A DNA stretch of 64,000 nucleotides from Podarcis gaigeae (taxonomy: Eukaryota). How positions within the stretch are numbered: position 1 is the stretch's first letter; every line of letters begins with the position of its first letter. Made by a program: the position numbers and the translations under genes. The notes beneath the pieces were generated by a model. That model had not been told where the DNA came from. It saw only the letters and a program-made list of their open reading frames with translations, and made no database searches. Below are positions 1 through 12,900 of the stretch, one piece after another. The stretch is taken from assembly GCA_964106915.2 (NCBI GenBank), contig OZ066916.1. One strand, written 5' to 3'.

Positions 1-151
1 GCTTCTGGGTCATGTGGCCCATGTGGGTCATGACTAAGCCACTTCTGGCGAACAAGAGCAGCGCACGGAAACACCGTTTACCTTCCCGCTGGAGCGGTAC
101 CTATTTATCTACTTGCACTTTGATGTTCTTTCATACTGCTAGGTTGGCAGG
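1..151 (+). mobile_element. Sauria SINE fragment
   Basis: Contains the characteristic core ccgtttaccttcccgctggagcggtacctatttatctacttgcac. Confidence 0.85.
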
Positions 152-2232
152 ACTCTCACACTGTAGTACAGTATAAATAACAGTTCAGAAGTAGCCTTCT
201 ACAGCTTGCCCAAATGGGGTCAATTCAGATTATGACGAGCGCTGTATTTTAGACTTTTGTTTCCACTGGAATCCTTGATCCAGTTTTATATCTGGATATT
301 TGGTATTCTTCCATTCTCTCTATTCTTTGCTCAGATAAATACATTGAAACTTTCCCCACTCTGATAGATACGGCTGCAGCAAAATAACAAGATGACTGAA
401 AAGTGGGCTGCAGGAAGATTGCATGCAGTTCACGTCACTGCAGCAGTCTGAACATTGGCAGCAGCTGTTGGTGTTGGCGTGCGCTTTGCTGAATTTTATA
501 TAATTCAATCTGTATAAGGAGCTGAAGTGCAAAATGGGCTTCTTTCAGCTTTGCTAAAGCATTAGCGAGAGCGAACCTCCTGTCTCCTATAGCAAAATAT
601 AGAGAAGCTTCCCTGGAGGATTCTTGCCCTGATAATTTGTTGCAGTTATTGTTTACATTTTCAGGACTGCATTATTATTATTATTATTATTATTTTAAGA
701 CTCTCAAGGCCATTCTTTCAAAGACTCATTACAAAACTGCCACTGCATTTCCTATAATCAAAACTAATCAGTTTTAGCATTGAGGCAGCATTGCAGAATT
801 AATGTCCACTGCAGCTGGTACAACATTCAGGCCTCCATCCCTGTGTCTAGTGGGGCTGTGAGTTCGGATCAACACGAGCTACTTCAAAACTTGCAGTGTT
901 TAAAGACATAGCCTGGGATTCAAAGAAACACTTCAGGGAATAAGAGTTGTGCAGTGGGGTCTTTATTCAACCACCTTTGAAATGGAAGCACCCTGAAATG
1001 GATGTGACTTGGGACTTTTGGATTAGCATATTTCCCTTTTCTACCTTCGTGACCCATATTTCGAGGCCCATTAGCATACCAGGAAGCTAGCCTGGCTATT
1101 CCAGGAATTCAAATCCTTGCTTAGATTTTAACACTTGCCGTATCCAGAGATTAGAAAGGTCTTAGCTTGCTGCCTACTCCCCACCCCAAATTCAGAACAG
1201 TATTATTTAGAATAAGTGACTTTAAGGCTGTTGTCCTTGGGCCCTAAATCAGAAACAAAGGATGTAAATGTGTTTTCTTTCTCACATTCATCTCTTGTTC
1301 CCTTGCACTTTCTACCCTTCCCCTTCACTTGTTCCATTGCAGCTGTCAAATATCTGATTGAAAGCAGTTTGAGACAGGGTTCCATGTTGTTTTGCTTAGA
1401 CTGTGCACTATACAACCAATAAATGAATTAACAGTTATAATTAGTGTGGAAAGTGGAGGTACACTGAAGCACAGAACAATAGTTTGTATGCTGTGGTCTG
1501 TACCAACTCTGAAACTATGCAAATATCTGGAAAGCCCCAGATGTTTTTACAGTCTGTGAAAACTGTGGTGAATACGTTCTTTTTAATCAGACTGAAACTA
1601 ACTCAGAGAAGTCACTTTTAAATATAAAATCTGTACAAAGGACAAAGCAGGGCATGTTGGAGCTGCTGCTGCTCTGTATGAGAGTGAGGCACATAGATTC
1701 CTATCAACTAGAAAAGGGACACACTTCTCCACAGAATGACTCTAGGTGGAAATATGAGACCCGCAAAATCATGTAGTACTCAGGCCATACTGTTCCTCAG
1801 GGTCAAGAGGCTCGTGTGTTCAGCTTCCCTATTGCAAAATGCAGTGACCTGTCCCTTCTTCCTGTCAATTTTCTGATTAGTGGTACCTTTTTGTGTGGAA
1901 GCCTTGCTAGAACACTGCTCAGAGAGGCTGCTCTGGAAGCTGGAAAGCCAGCCTCCCTCTCCTTTTCCAACAGGGGCAGCTTTGAAGATTGTCTCAATTG
2001 TTTATTTTTACCTAATGTGAAGAAAAACCAAGGTGAGCAAAAGAGGGGGAAATGCAATTTATGCAGCACAGCAATAGCCCTAGGAGTCACATGATCAGCT
2101 TTAGGACTGATCCAAGATACTCAGCTGAGGGCAGAAAAGATAAATGGTGCTTTATTTCCTTGCTGGTTGGGGCTGAAGGGACCTTGTAGCTCAAAACATC
2201 TAGAGGACACCAGACTGGTGAAGGCGGATAAT

Positions 2233-2750
2233 TATTTTTACAGATACCTCCCCCTTTTCAACATCTAGGACTCGTTCACAGCTTACAATGATGAAAATAT
2301 AAATGAAAACCTCAAAAATTTAATACCTCAGGGGTTTAAACAAAGAACATAGAACATTTTAAAACATCATGATGCAAAGTCCTCCTGAAATAAAACAATG
2401 TTAACCAGGCATCTGGAACTCAGGAAAAAGAGTTTGACAGAGTTGGGATCACAGAACTGAAAGCATAACTTCAAGTTCTCATTGATATAAGTCATGCATC
2501 TGGTCCATGGTGGACCACTCATAGTGTTCCCCCAGATGATCTCAGTGATTGACTTGGTGTGTACAGAGTAAGACAGTCTTTGGGGTGTCTTGACCTAAGT
2601 TATTCAGGGCTTTGTACAAGAACCTTGAACCTGACCTAGTAGCAGGTGGGTGTCATGTGTTGCTGTTAGTCTTTCTCCATCGCTAGTCTAGCTGCAGCAT
2701 TCTGCATTAGCTGGAGCTTCTGGATCAGACCCAAAGGCAGCCTACGCAGC
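2233..2750 (-). mobile_element. Degraded L2-like LINE 3' fragment
   Basis: gcagcattctgcattagctggagcttctggatc and gttattcagggctttgta resemble reptile L2 ORF2 ends; no intact ORF. Confidence 0.5.
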
Positions 2751-3049
2751 TCTCATGTTCTTATTGCACAATGCATTTTGGGGAATGGCCCTGTGGTCAG
2801 TTAAAGGGAGACCCGAATCTTCTGACTTTTAATAGTTGTGTGGAAAGGGGAATTTCTGCAGGTGCAGCCCTTTGCACCCCTTGTCAATCTGTCCCACCAA
2901 AATTCTTTCTGCTGCACAACTGTCAAAGATGGCAGATCACCACCCTCCTTTCAATATGATCGTCGTGATTTTATGCTTTGAATATTACCTGATGCTAAAG
3001 CAGATGTGTGGGTCAATTTCTGTTCTGTGTCGTGATTTTTGTTTATGAA

Positions 3050-3186
3050 CAGTGCTTTTTTCTGGGGGAACGCAGGGGTACGCATACCCCTAAACATTTT
3101 GTGAATCTAAGTTTGGCCTCATTGAATTTCAATATGAGTGGGAAAATGAGAGTACCCCTTTAAAAAAATTGAGAAAATAAGCACTG
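3050..3186. mobile_element. hAT-type MITE
   Basis: TIRs cagtgctttttt / aaaataagcactg; 8-bp TSD tttatgaa / tttatgag. Confidence 0.8.
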
Positions 3187-3458
3187 TTTATGAGTATGGA
3201 GATTTGTTTGCAAATGTAAGGTTTTGCGCTGGGGCAAAAAGCAAGCAGGAAGAAAAGTAGCCCGACTTGGACTATGTTCAGGAGGTAGCAACCTTGGTGT
3301 TATCTCCACCAAAAACTGTGGCATTCAGTGCAGTTTCTGTACAAAACAGACTTTGTTTCTTCTCATGTTTGCAGTTGCAGACAAACACTATTTGGAACTG
3401 CACAGAGGCCTTGCAGCAGAAAAATCATGGGTGGGGAAAGGATCAAGCACCCCAGACC

Positions 3459-3739
3459 CAGGGGCATAGGAAGGGGGGTGCGGGGGTTGCAGTCCACCCC
3501 AAGTGTCACCCCGAGGGGGGGGTGACAAAATGGCGGGCGGCACTCACTGCGGGTCCTGCAGCACACCTGAGCCATACATCTCAGGTGTCTGCATTCTCCG
3601 CACTGTCTGCCTGCTGCCTCTCCCCCAGCTGTAGGGCAGCCGAGGGCGCGTGTGTGCAGATGGGTCATTAGCCCCACCCCTGTGGGTGATTCGCCCCGGC
3701 CCTTCGCCCCGGGTGCTGAAGAGGTTTCCTACACTACTG
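3459..3739. mobile_element. GC-rich non-autonomous DNA transposon
   Basis: Imperfect termini caggggcataggaa / ttcctacactactg around a GC/CpG-rich insert in an AT-rich intron. Confidence 0.55.
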
Positions 3740-3892
3740 CCCACAACTCTCCCCCCACAACTGTGTCTGTTGAAAAATTGTGATCTTCTGAAGCCGTTGG
3801 AGTTATTTTTCTCTTATTTTGTTACACTTCTTTAGTTCCGCCCCAGTAATTAAAATAATGCTTTATTATTATTATTTTGGTTTGACTCTTAG

Positions 3893-3970
3893 CTTTCCCT
3901 GGATCTCTACCACACAGAAGATGATATTTATAAGCTCTCACTGGTGCTCGAGCCAAGGACTTCAAAATCA
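3893..3970 (+). CDS. RASGRP3: RASGRP3 coding exon ([26 protein letters not shown])
   Basis: cttag acceptor, gtatgt donor, 78 nt, phase 0/0. Confidence 0.93.
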
Positions 3971-6900
3971 GTATGTAACACTTTATGGTTTAGGAGTGTT
4001 ATAACTTTGTAATATACTTGGGGTTTTTTTAGTAGTATTTACTTTCTTATTTATTTAAGAAATGCTTCTCTGTCAGGAAGATCCAGCACTACTCCCCTCC
4101 CCCCCCTTATTAATATTCACAGCAGGATGGGAGGGAATGCAAAATGGTCCAAATCCTTACCTTATTTTTGTATGAGAAATTGGGGGAGGGGAAATGTTGG
4201 AAGTAAAATTGCATTGCCGCATACGCAATTGAAAAACGAAATGTGCTTCCTGCTTCAGAAGTTTTGCCATTTTTGATTGTCGATACTTTTTGTTTATTTA
4301 TTGCATATTCACCTGTGCCCAGCACTCTAGAGTAGAATGTCACTGATTATTCATTGATTACCAGGCACCCGGGACAGTGACAGCATTGTTGACGGTCACT
4401 GCCTTTCATTGTTGCCGTTTCATTCTTCCATTGTAGTAATATGCAAAGGAATTGGAGAGAGAAGGAAACAGAGTCACATTGTTAAAAAACAAACAGACAC
4501 AGGGCGGGATTCAACCAAGCGGTTTCTGTAGTGCAGCAGAGGCTTTCCCGCCTCTCCTCCCCCTGCCCCCATTGCCAGTTGGAGGGGGGACCCAGGAGAG
4601 CACTGGGGGTGGGGAAGTGGAGATCATTCTGTCAGGCAAGCAGAAACGCTTGTGCTGATGGAACAGTCATATTAGTGTGATGTTGTATCTTCACTGTAGC
4701 CATTCCATCTGGTGCAATGTTATTTTCACTTGTGATCTATTTCTTAGACTAGAGCTTAAGTATTGCACTACCTTAAAGGGTAATGACATAGCCTATATCT
4801 CATGTGAAAGTTGAAACGCAACTTTGGACTCACTCTGCAGCAAGCTGTCCATCCTTTGAGAAGTCACCCTTAACTTCATTCACAGTGAGTCCTAAATTTT
4901 TTTTTTTATTTTGTTTGTTAGCAGCCTACCTCTCCAACAACCCCTAACAAGACAGTGGTGCCACTTGAATGGGCGTCTGGAGTCATACCGAAACCTGACC
5001 CAAACCTTATTAACAAACACATCCAAAAACTAGTTGATGTAAGTATTTGAGAGAGTGCTCAGAATGACGTATGTATAGTATGCTCAAGGTATGTATGTAT
5101 AGTATGTATGTATGTATGTATGCTCAAGGTATACATGGGTGTCAGTCAGGTGCAGGAAACCCTTGGCCCTCTAGATGTTGTTGAACTACAACTCCTGTCA
5201 TCCCTGGCGAGGATTACCAGGGCTGATGAGAGTTGTAGTTGAGTAGCACTTAGATGGCCAAAGGTTCCCCACTCCTGGCGTCAGTGAAGGTTTAGGGATG
5301 CAGTTCCTCAACATGCATAGGATTGTATAGCATAGTATGTGAATGTGTTGGTGCATCCCTATGATATAGACATATCAGTTCTTGATATGAATCAGTTGTT
5401 AGAAGCTGGTTTTTGCTTTAAGATATTGGGCATATAGTACCTGACCTTCAGTATTGTTCTTCATTTAATGGTTGCTATCATTTTACTTGGCTTTGATTTT
5501 AAGGGAAATTGTGTTGTCATAATCTATTGCTCTTTACTTTCCACTGTATAATTTTCTTGCATTTTTTAGTCTGTTTTTAGGAACTATGACCACGACCATG
5601 ATGGCTACATCTCTCAAGAAGACTTTGAAAGCATTGCAGCTAATTTTCCTTTCCTGGATTCGTTCTGTGTATTGGACAAAGATCAGTAAGTGGTCTTGCT
5701 CTTGTTATGGTTTTGCAGTGCAACCTTCTGCAAGTTTACTCAGAGGTAGCTCCCTACTGTGTTCAGTGGAGATTACTATCAAATAAGTGTGCATAGAATT
5801 GAAGCCTTAATTTAGAAGTGTCAAGAAACAAACAGAAATTACTTAAATTTGTTTTAATTTATACCCAGCCGTATCCAGAATGACCAGGTGGGTGTTGGTG
5901 TTTCCTTCTCTCACTCATAATCTAAACAGCCCATGGAACGAGTGATTAATATTCCCATTTTACATGTGAGAGTGACCACACAGTGTAAGCTGTTTAGTTC
6001 AGGGTCCAAACTCAGGTTCTGATGCACATAGGTGAATCAGAAGTGTTTAAGGGATTGTGGCCACATAGGTAGAACTTATTATAAATAGAAAGGAAAAAGG
6101 ATGAGCAATACTCGCAGAATGCCTGTTATTAAACCTGGGTTGTGTCCTACCCTACCATTCCAAGTGGAACAGATTTCCATTCATACCAGTGGACTTTCCC
6201 TTCCTTTTTCACCGCTGGCAAGAATTTGGGAACCCTGTGGAGTAGACTGAGGGACTGCAGGAGGGGAGAGAAAGTCCCGTTGTGCTCGTAAAAGTCTATT
6301 TGCGCAGCATTGTATATAACCCACTGATTATTTCATGAAACTCTGCATCATACGTAAGCTACATGGAACTGATCACTCATTGGTCAGTCACTATGAGGAT
6401 TGCAGGTGAAAAGTTCTGTTGTTCAGTATCGTTTTCTAAAATAAGAGAGACTATGCCCATGGAGAAGGGACAGGGTGCTCTGTTTTATCTGTTGCAGGGG
6501 CTGCCAATGAGGTCCCCTCCAGACGTCGTTGGACTCCAACTCCCATAAGCCCTGGCTAACCTGGCCAGTAGTCAGGGATAATGGGAGTTGGAGTCGACCC
6601 GATCTGTGGTTTAGAACTAACAGATCTCTCCACCTCCCCTCCCGCCCCCCCTTTCTTTTTCTTTTGAAACAGGGATGGCCGTATCAGCAAAGGAGAAATG
6701 ATGGCGTATTTTCTGAGGGCCAAATCACAGCTGCAGTGTAAAATGGGACCAGGTTTTATACATAACTTTCAGGAGATGACCTATCTTAAGCCAACGTTCT
6801 GTGAGCATTGTGCTGGATTTGTAAGTATGGATTAGTGCAGTTCTAATGTACTTGTGGTCTAAGACGTATTTGTTTCTTCATTTTTTATAATACACTTTTT

Positions 6901-9900
6901 ATCCTGCTCTGTTTCAACGGCTTGAATAAATGTAAAAAACGTCAACCGCGCACACATTTGTTTTGTAGGAGCATCTAAATAAACCATATGAGAATGGTAT
7001 CAAAAGCGATGGAAAGGGGTTAAATGTACCAGTTATGGGGAGGGAGGGGGGTCGTGACTTGGCAGAGTCAAAGGGAATGGTGTTTTTACAATTTGTTGGA
7101 AAAGAATATGTAAGGGAAACAATAAAAATTTACTTGGGGAAAAAAGAGAGAATGGTATCAAAAGCAAGGATGCCTGTAACTGAAGGCACTGGAGTCTGAA
7201 ATTGAGCCCTACAGTGCAGTCCTAGGAACATAGGAACATGAGCCTATCTAGCTCAGGGCTTCAGACAGGAATATTTCCAGGTCCTCCCTGGAGATAGCAG
7301 GGATTGAAATTGGGGCACTTTGCACGCATTTGTGCACTCTGACCTACAATACAGCGCTTCGTCTGTCTGTCTCATACATGCCTACTCAGAAATAAGTCCC
7401 CAGGCAAATGTGGATAGCAGAGGTGGGGAATCAAATCCAGTCATTGTATGAAATGGGTCAAATTTGTCAGGTGGGCAGAACCATCCACCTGCTACTTACC
7501 TGACCTTACAGTGACATCAGGTGATAAGGTGCTTTCAAGTCCCCTGGTGCTTTGAGGTACCAATCAGCTGACCGGGTCTATTTGCGGTTGGCTCCTGCTT
7601 AATAGCAGGGCTTGAACTGAGCACCCATCAGCTAATAGGGCACTCAGTTCAAGCTCCACTTTTCTGCAGGGGTCAAGTGCAAATTGCACAGCGGATCCCA
7701 GTGAGCTTGAATCAAATGCCTGTCTGCTGGTAGGCACTCAGTTCAAGCCCTGCTTTTCTGCACGGGTCGGCTGTACTATGGAGTTCCTATGAGAAACTCA
7801 GTAGTGCAGCTGATTCCTGCTGGCTTGCTGTCTCTGTCAATCAGCTGATTGGTTGTGACAGGAAGTCTCCATTGTCAGTGCCCTTTAAGGCTCCCTTTAA
7901 GGCTCCCAGTTATGCATTGGCAGTAGCAACTCTACCTGCTCCTCACCTGATGTCACATAAGATACCAGGTGCAGGGCAGGTGGGTATGATTTGAAGAAAC
8001 TGGCCTCATGGGACAAATTGGGATGCTTGTGAGGCCTAATTTGGACTGTGGGCTGGAAATTCCTCAATTTTAGTGCACAAAATTGCAACTTAACTGCTGT
8101 TTTTTAAAAAAATCTCAATGTTTTTAATCCCAATACAGTAGTACCTCCAGTTGCGGACGGGATCTGTTCCAGAGGTCCAGTTGGATCCTGAGGTTTCCGC
8201 AACCTGAGGACCGCTTCTGCGCATGCACGCGTGGCAAAACCCGGTAAAATACTTCCGGGTTTGCCGCCCGTGCATCCCGAAGTTTACGCAACCAGAGGGT
8301 TACATAAACGGAGGTTCGACTGTATGCCAAAACTGAATGAATTAAAAATGTAGAAATAAACTGTGTCTATATGTTAACAGCTTAAAATGTAGCTAGGTTA
8401 TTCTTTTTCTCAATTCAAATCGAAAATGGTTCGGTGGGAAAACCACATCAAAATGCAGTATTTTATAAGATATGAATTGTAGCAACTGTTGTGTGTACAG
8501 CACTTTCCAGACCACAGTGAGAGCTTGCAGGATTGTGTATCCAGCCCAGAGTCCTTATGGTAATATGTTGAGTCAGTTCTCCTGTGCTGCCTCACTTGTT
8601 GGTCCTGGAAGTAGCGAGGGCCAGTGTGCTGCCTTGAGCCTCACAGATGAATGGATAGCTCTTTCTAACAGGAAGGGTGTTGAGAGCAGCAATTTCCTGT
8701 TTGCACTTTTGTAGCCTTTTGTTCCTGCCTTCATAATGAGGTTGTTTTCTTTCTGGCTTTCTTTTTTATACCTTTTTATACCTTTTGTCTTTTAATTGCA
8801 GCTGTGGGGTATAATCAAGCAAGGATACAAATGCAAAGGTACTGTAAATAATGTGTGGCTGCCAATTGCAAGTCATAGTCCCTCCAGTTTGTAACATAAT
8901 GAATCTCTTAATTGCTGGCAAATGAGCAATGCCACATACAGTGGTACCTTGGGTTACATACGCTTCAAGTTACATATGCTTCAGGTTACAGACTCCGCTA
9001 ACCCAGAAATAGTGTTTCAGGTTAAGAACTTTGCTTCAGGATGAGAACAGAAATTGTGCTCCAGCGATGCGGCGGCAGCGGGAGGCTACATTAGCTAATG
9101 TAGTGCTTCAGGTTAAGAATAAACCTCTGGAACGATTTAAGTACTTAACCCGAGGTACCACTGTACAATGCACTTTCGACCTCAGATGGATCAAGAACAG
9201 TGGTTCTCAACCTGTGGGTCCCCATATGTTGTTGAACTACAACTCCCATCATCCCTGAGCTCTGGCCTTGCTAGCTAGAGGTGATGGGTGTTGTAGTTCA
9301 ACAACATCTGGGGACCCACAGGTTGAGAAAGGCTGAGAGAGTTAGGCTGAGAGAGTTAGGTGCAGTGCAGTCATATGCATATTTACAGAGTCCCAATGTG
9401 GTCAGTGGTGCTTACTCCAAGGTAAGTAGACATCAGGGCCGTCTTAAGCATATCCGGTGCCGTAGTGCAAAGATCCCTCAGGCTCCTGCTCCCCCCCCCC
9501 CCCGTTTACCAGGGTTGTTGACCTTTTCCCAAGCCTCTGCGGGGATCCCTCCCCTCCCGTGGAGGCTTGGGAAGGAAGCTGTACAGCCACCAGCCATATG
9601 GTTAACGGGGCACAGCTGGCAGGTGTGCAGGGAAAGGGGAGGCCGTTGGCAAAGCCGTGCAGCTCCCCCACTCGCTGGGGCGCCCCTGAGAGGCCAGCGC
9701 CCTGGCGCAACACGCCTGTAAGCCCAATAGGAAAGATGGCTCTGGTAGGCATAGCACTGCAGCCTTAATCACTCGCAGGCTGAAAAACTATTTTCGTTCT
9801 TCAGCTCTTCAATTCATTTTAACACTCGGCTATGGGGCAACTGAGAAAGAGGGAAGCATGTTTGGGGAGTTGTGAAGTTTGCAAATGTACAAAATAAGCC

Positions 9901-12900
9901 TTCAAAAACAACAAGCCTTTGGGGAGAAAAACCTACCTGAAACAGCCCAGTGGGGACAGGGCATGTGCTGTAGCCACAAGCTGATAAATATCAGTTGGAA
10001 GAAAGAAACCCAAACAGAAAATTGGGGTGGGGTGTAGGGTGGAATAGTGTATACCTGTGAAGGGCATGTACAGCTGGCCCACACCATAAAACATGCACTG
10101 CGACATTTTGTTGCAGCTCTTGTTTGTTTGTAATTAATGGCATGTTCCAGCTGAAATTAAGCTGCAGTGAAAAATCTGGCATTTCAAAGTGCTTAGACCT
10201 TGTACCCTGCTTAACATCTCCCGTCATGGTGTGTGCATTGAAAAGCAACTAATTCTAGCACATTGGAAGGACGCTTGGTTACTAATGCTCTGGGTTGGCC
10301 TTTTGTGACCTTATTAAGTAATCACTAACTCCAAGACTGGAACTGCATGTTACAAAAAGCCTGACAAATAGGTTTTCTTAGGAAACACCACTTTTGGAGT
10401 GGAGAAACAGTGAAGGAAGCGGCGGGGGGGGGGGGGGAGTTTCTCTTCCGCCTGCAACCTTCCAGTTTCAAATTAGAAGCGTATCAGCTGCGTTTTCCCC
10501 TCTGAAGTTCCAAACTCTTTGGAAAGGGTTCCCCAACAACTTTCCCCTTCATTTTATGTCTGTCATGTTTGTACCTGTCAGTGCTGATCATAGTTAATAA
10601 TGATAAAGAGCATTCTCATTGCTTCACAGAAATAATAATTTGTATGCAGCCCTAGATTCTATTCTAGTGTGACATTTCATGCTTGGCTTCCACTCACATC
10701 ATGCCACTTACGTGGAAATTCCTCAGACAGACTTTGGAAGCTTTTACAGAGTTGAATTTTTTTTGTCGTTGTTTGCATCTCTTTGGAAACTGTAGTTTGC
10801 CAGATCCAATTTTTCTTTTCTCTGGCAATTTATTCCAGATTGCGGTGCTAACTGTCATAAGCAATGCAGAGATCTGCTAGTTCTAGCCTGCAGGAAGTTT
10901 GCCAGAGGGATGTCACTGGGTAGCAGTCACGGTTCTTTGCCTAATAGTCCATCATTGCCAGCAGGTAAGAGAGGACAACAATGGGTTGCTGAACAGTTTC
11001 CTTTGCTGCGCAACAATGCATCACATGAGTTTCCAAGGATGCAGTAGCCATTGCTTTGATAAAGCAAGGAGCTTCTTTTATTCCCAAGGATATCCTCAAT
11101 AACCTCTCTCCCACAATAAATAGCCCTGAAGTGCGATAGATGGAGTATCCTCTCCAGTGAGATGCATGTGGCCCAGTTTGCACAGCTGATCCCAAAACCT
11201 CACTTCCATGTGTTTGCTTTTGAGGCTCCATACCAGAGTAGTGATCGTTGCCTGTGAAACCACACAGCTTGCTCAAATCACATGATCAGCACTGCCCTAA
11301 TCATTTAAGTGAAATTGTGAATATTTGAAACACCGTTGAGACAGCCTGCAGACACCCCGTTCTGCCTATTTGGGGATGTTTTCAGGTCAGGTCACTTCTG
11401 AGTTTGGTACGATGCGCTTGTGTGCGGACATGCACATATCAAACACGCCTAAAATGGTCTCAGCCTGTACTTCTTTAGGCAGCACAAAGCTAATCTGTGG
11501 GACTCCCTCCCACAAAAAGCAGCAGTGGCCACCAACTGGATGGCTTTAAAAGAGGATTAGACAAATTCATGGAGGAGTGGGCCATCAATGGCTACTAGCC
11601 ATGATGACTGTTCTCTGCCTCCACAGTTAGAGGCAGCAGGGCTTCTGAAAATCAGTTGCTAGAAGCCACAGGAAGAGAGAGTGCTCCTTACCATCAGAAA
11701 GTGCTTCTGAATGTTTAGTTGGAATCTCCGTTCTTGTAACTTGAATGCATTGGCTTGAGTCCTATGCTCTGGAGCAGGAGAAAACAAGCTTGCTGCATCT
11801 TCCATGTCACGGCCCTTTCGATATTTTAAGATGGCTAGCATATCTCCTTTCAGTCTCCTCTTTATCAGGCTAAACATACCTAACTTCCTCAACTGTTCCT
11901 CATAAGGCCTCCTTTCCAGACCTTTGATAATATTGGTTGCCATCTTGTACACATGTTCAATATCCTTCTTAAAGGACTGCCCTTGATCAGGACCCTATAC
12001 TTCTGTTGATGCAGCCTAGAATAGCATGAGGGGTTTTTTTGCTGCTGCATCACACTGTTGACTCATGTTAACCTTGTGGTCTACATGGAATCATTCGCCA
12101 TTCTGGCTGGGACTGATGAAGAACAGCTGGAAGGCCATGGGTTCCCCACCCCTGGTAGAAAAAGGTGATTGGTTTGAAGGAGACAATGTTATTAGTAAAA
12201 TTAATCTCTACTTTTTTCTTCCCCTTCGTAGTGCAAGGTGAAGTATTTAACTTTCCTAGTGTAACTCCACAAAATCAGGATCTAGATAGCAGAGCAATCA
12301 CACTTGTCACTGGCAATTCTCGAAAGATTTCGGTCCATCTACAGCGGGTAACCACCAGCCAAGCAACCCAGACAGAGCCGCTGTGGCATGAGTCTGGTTG
12401 GGGAGATTCAGGACCACACACCTTCCCCAAAATGAAGTCCAAACTCCATGGGAAATCGGGAAAGAATAAAGGCTTTGCAAAGTGGGAGAATGAAAAATCA
12501 AACATTCAAGCCAATATGGACACTGCAGTAGGAACTACAGCACATGTGTTGGACCAGAACGGAACAGAAACGCTCCTAGAAAGACAGGAAATGGAGGTGG
12601 GTTATAGGATGTCATTAAACGTTTACTGTAAGGGCTTCTGTGTTTTCTCTGAAGTGCTACAATTCAAGTTGTGCCTAAGAATTTTCTTAGATGGGGCAGG
12701 ACAAATGCTCACCAGTCAAGACCATGAGCATTAACTTAATTTATCTGTGGAATTTTTTGCCACTGTGGCAGTTGTGCATCCTGTTATATGTAAATACACA
12801 TATGGTTCATGTTCTGACCAAAATATTTAAATAGAATAAATCAAATTAAAGCATGGCAATTGGAATACTAGCTTGAGAGTTAATTTGTATAACCTAATGT

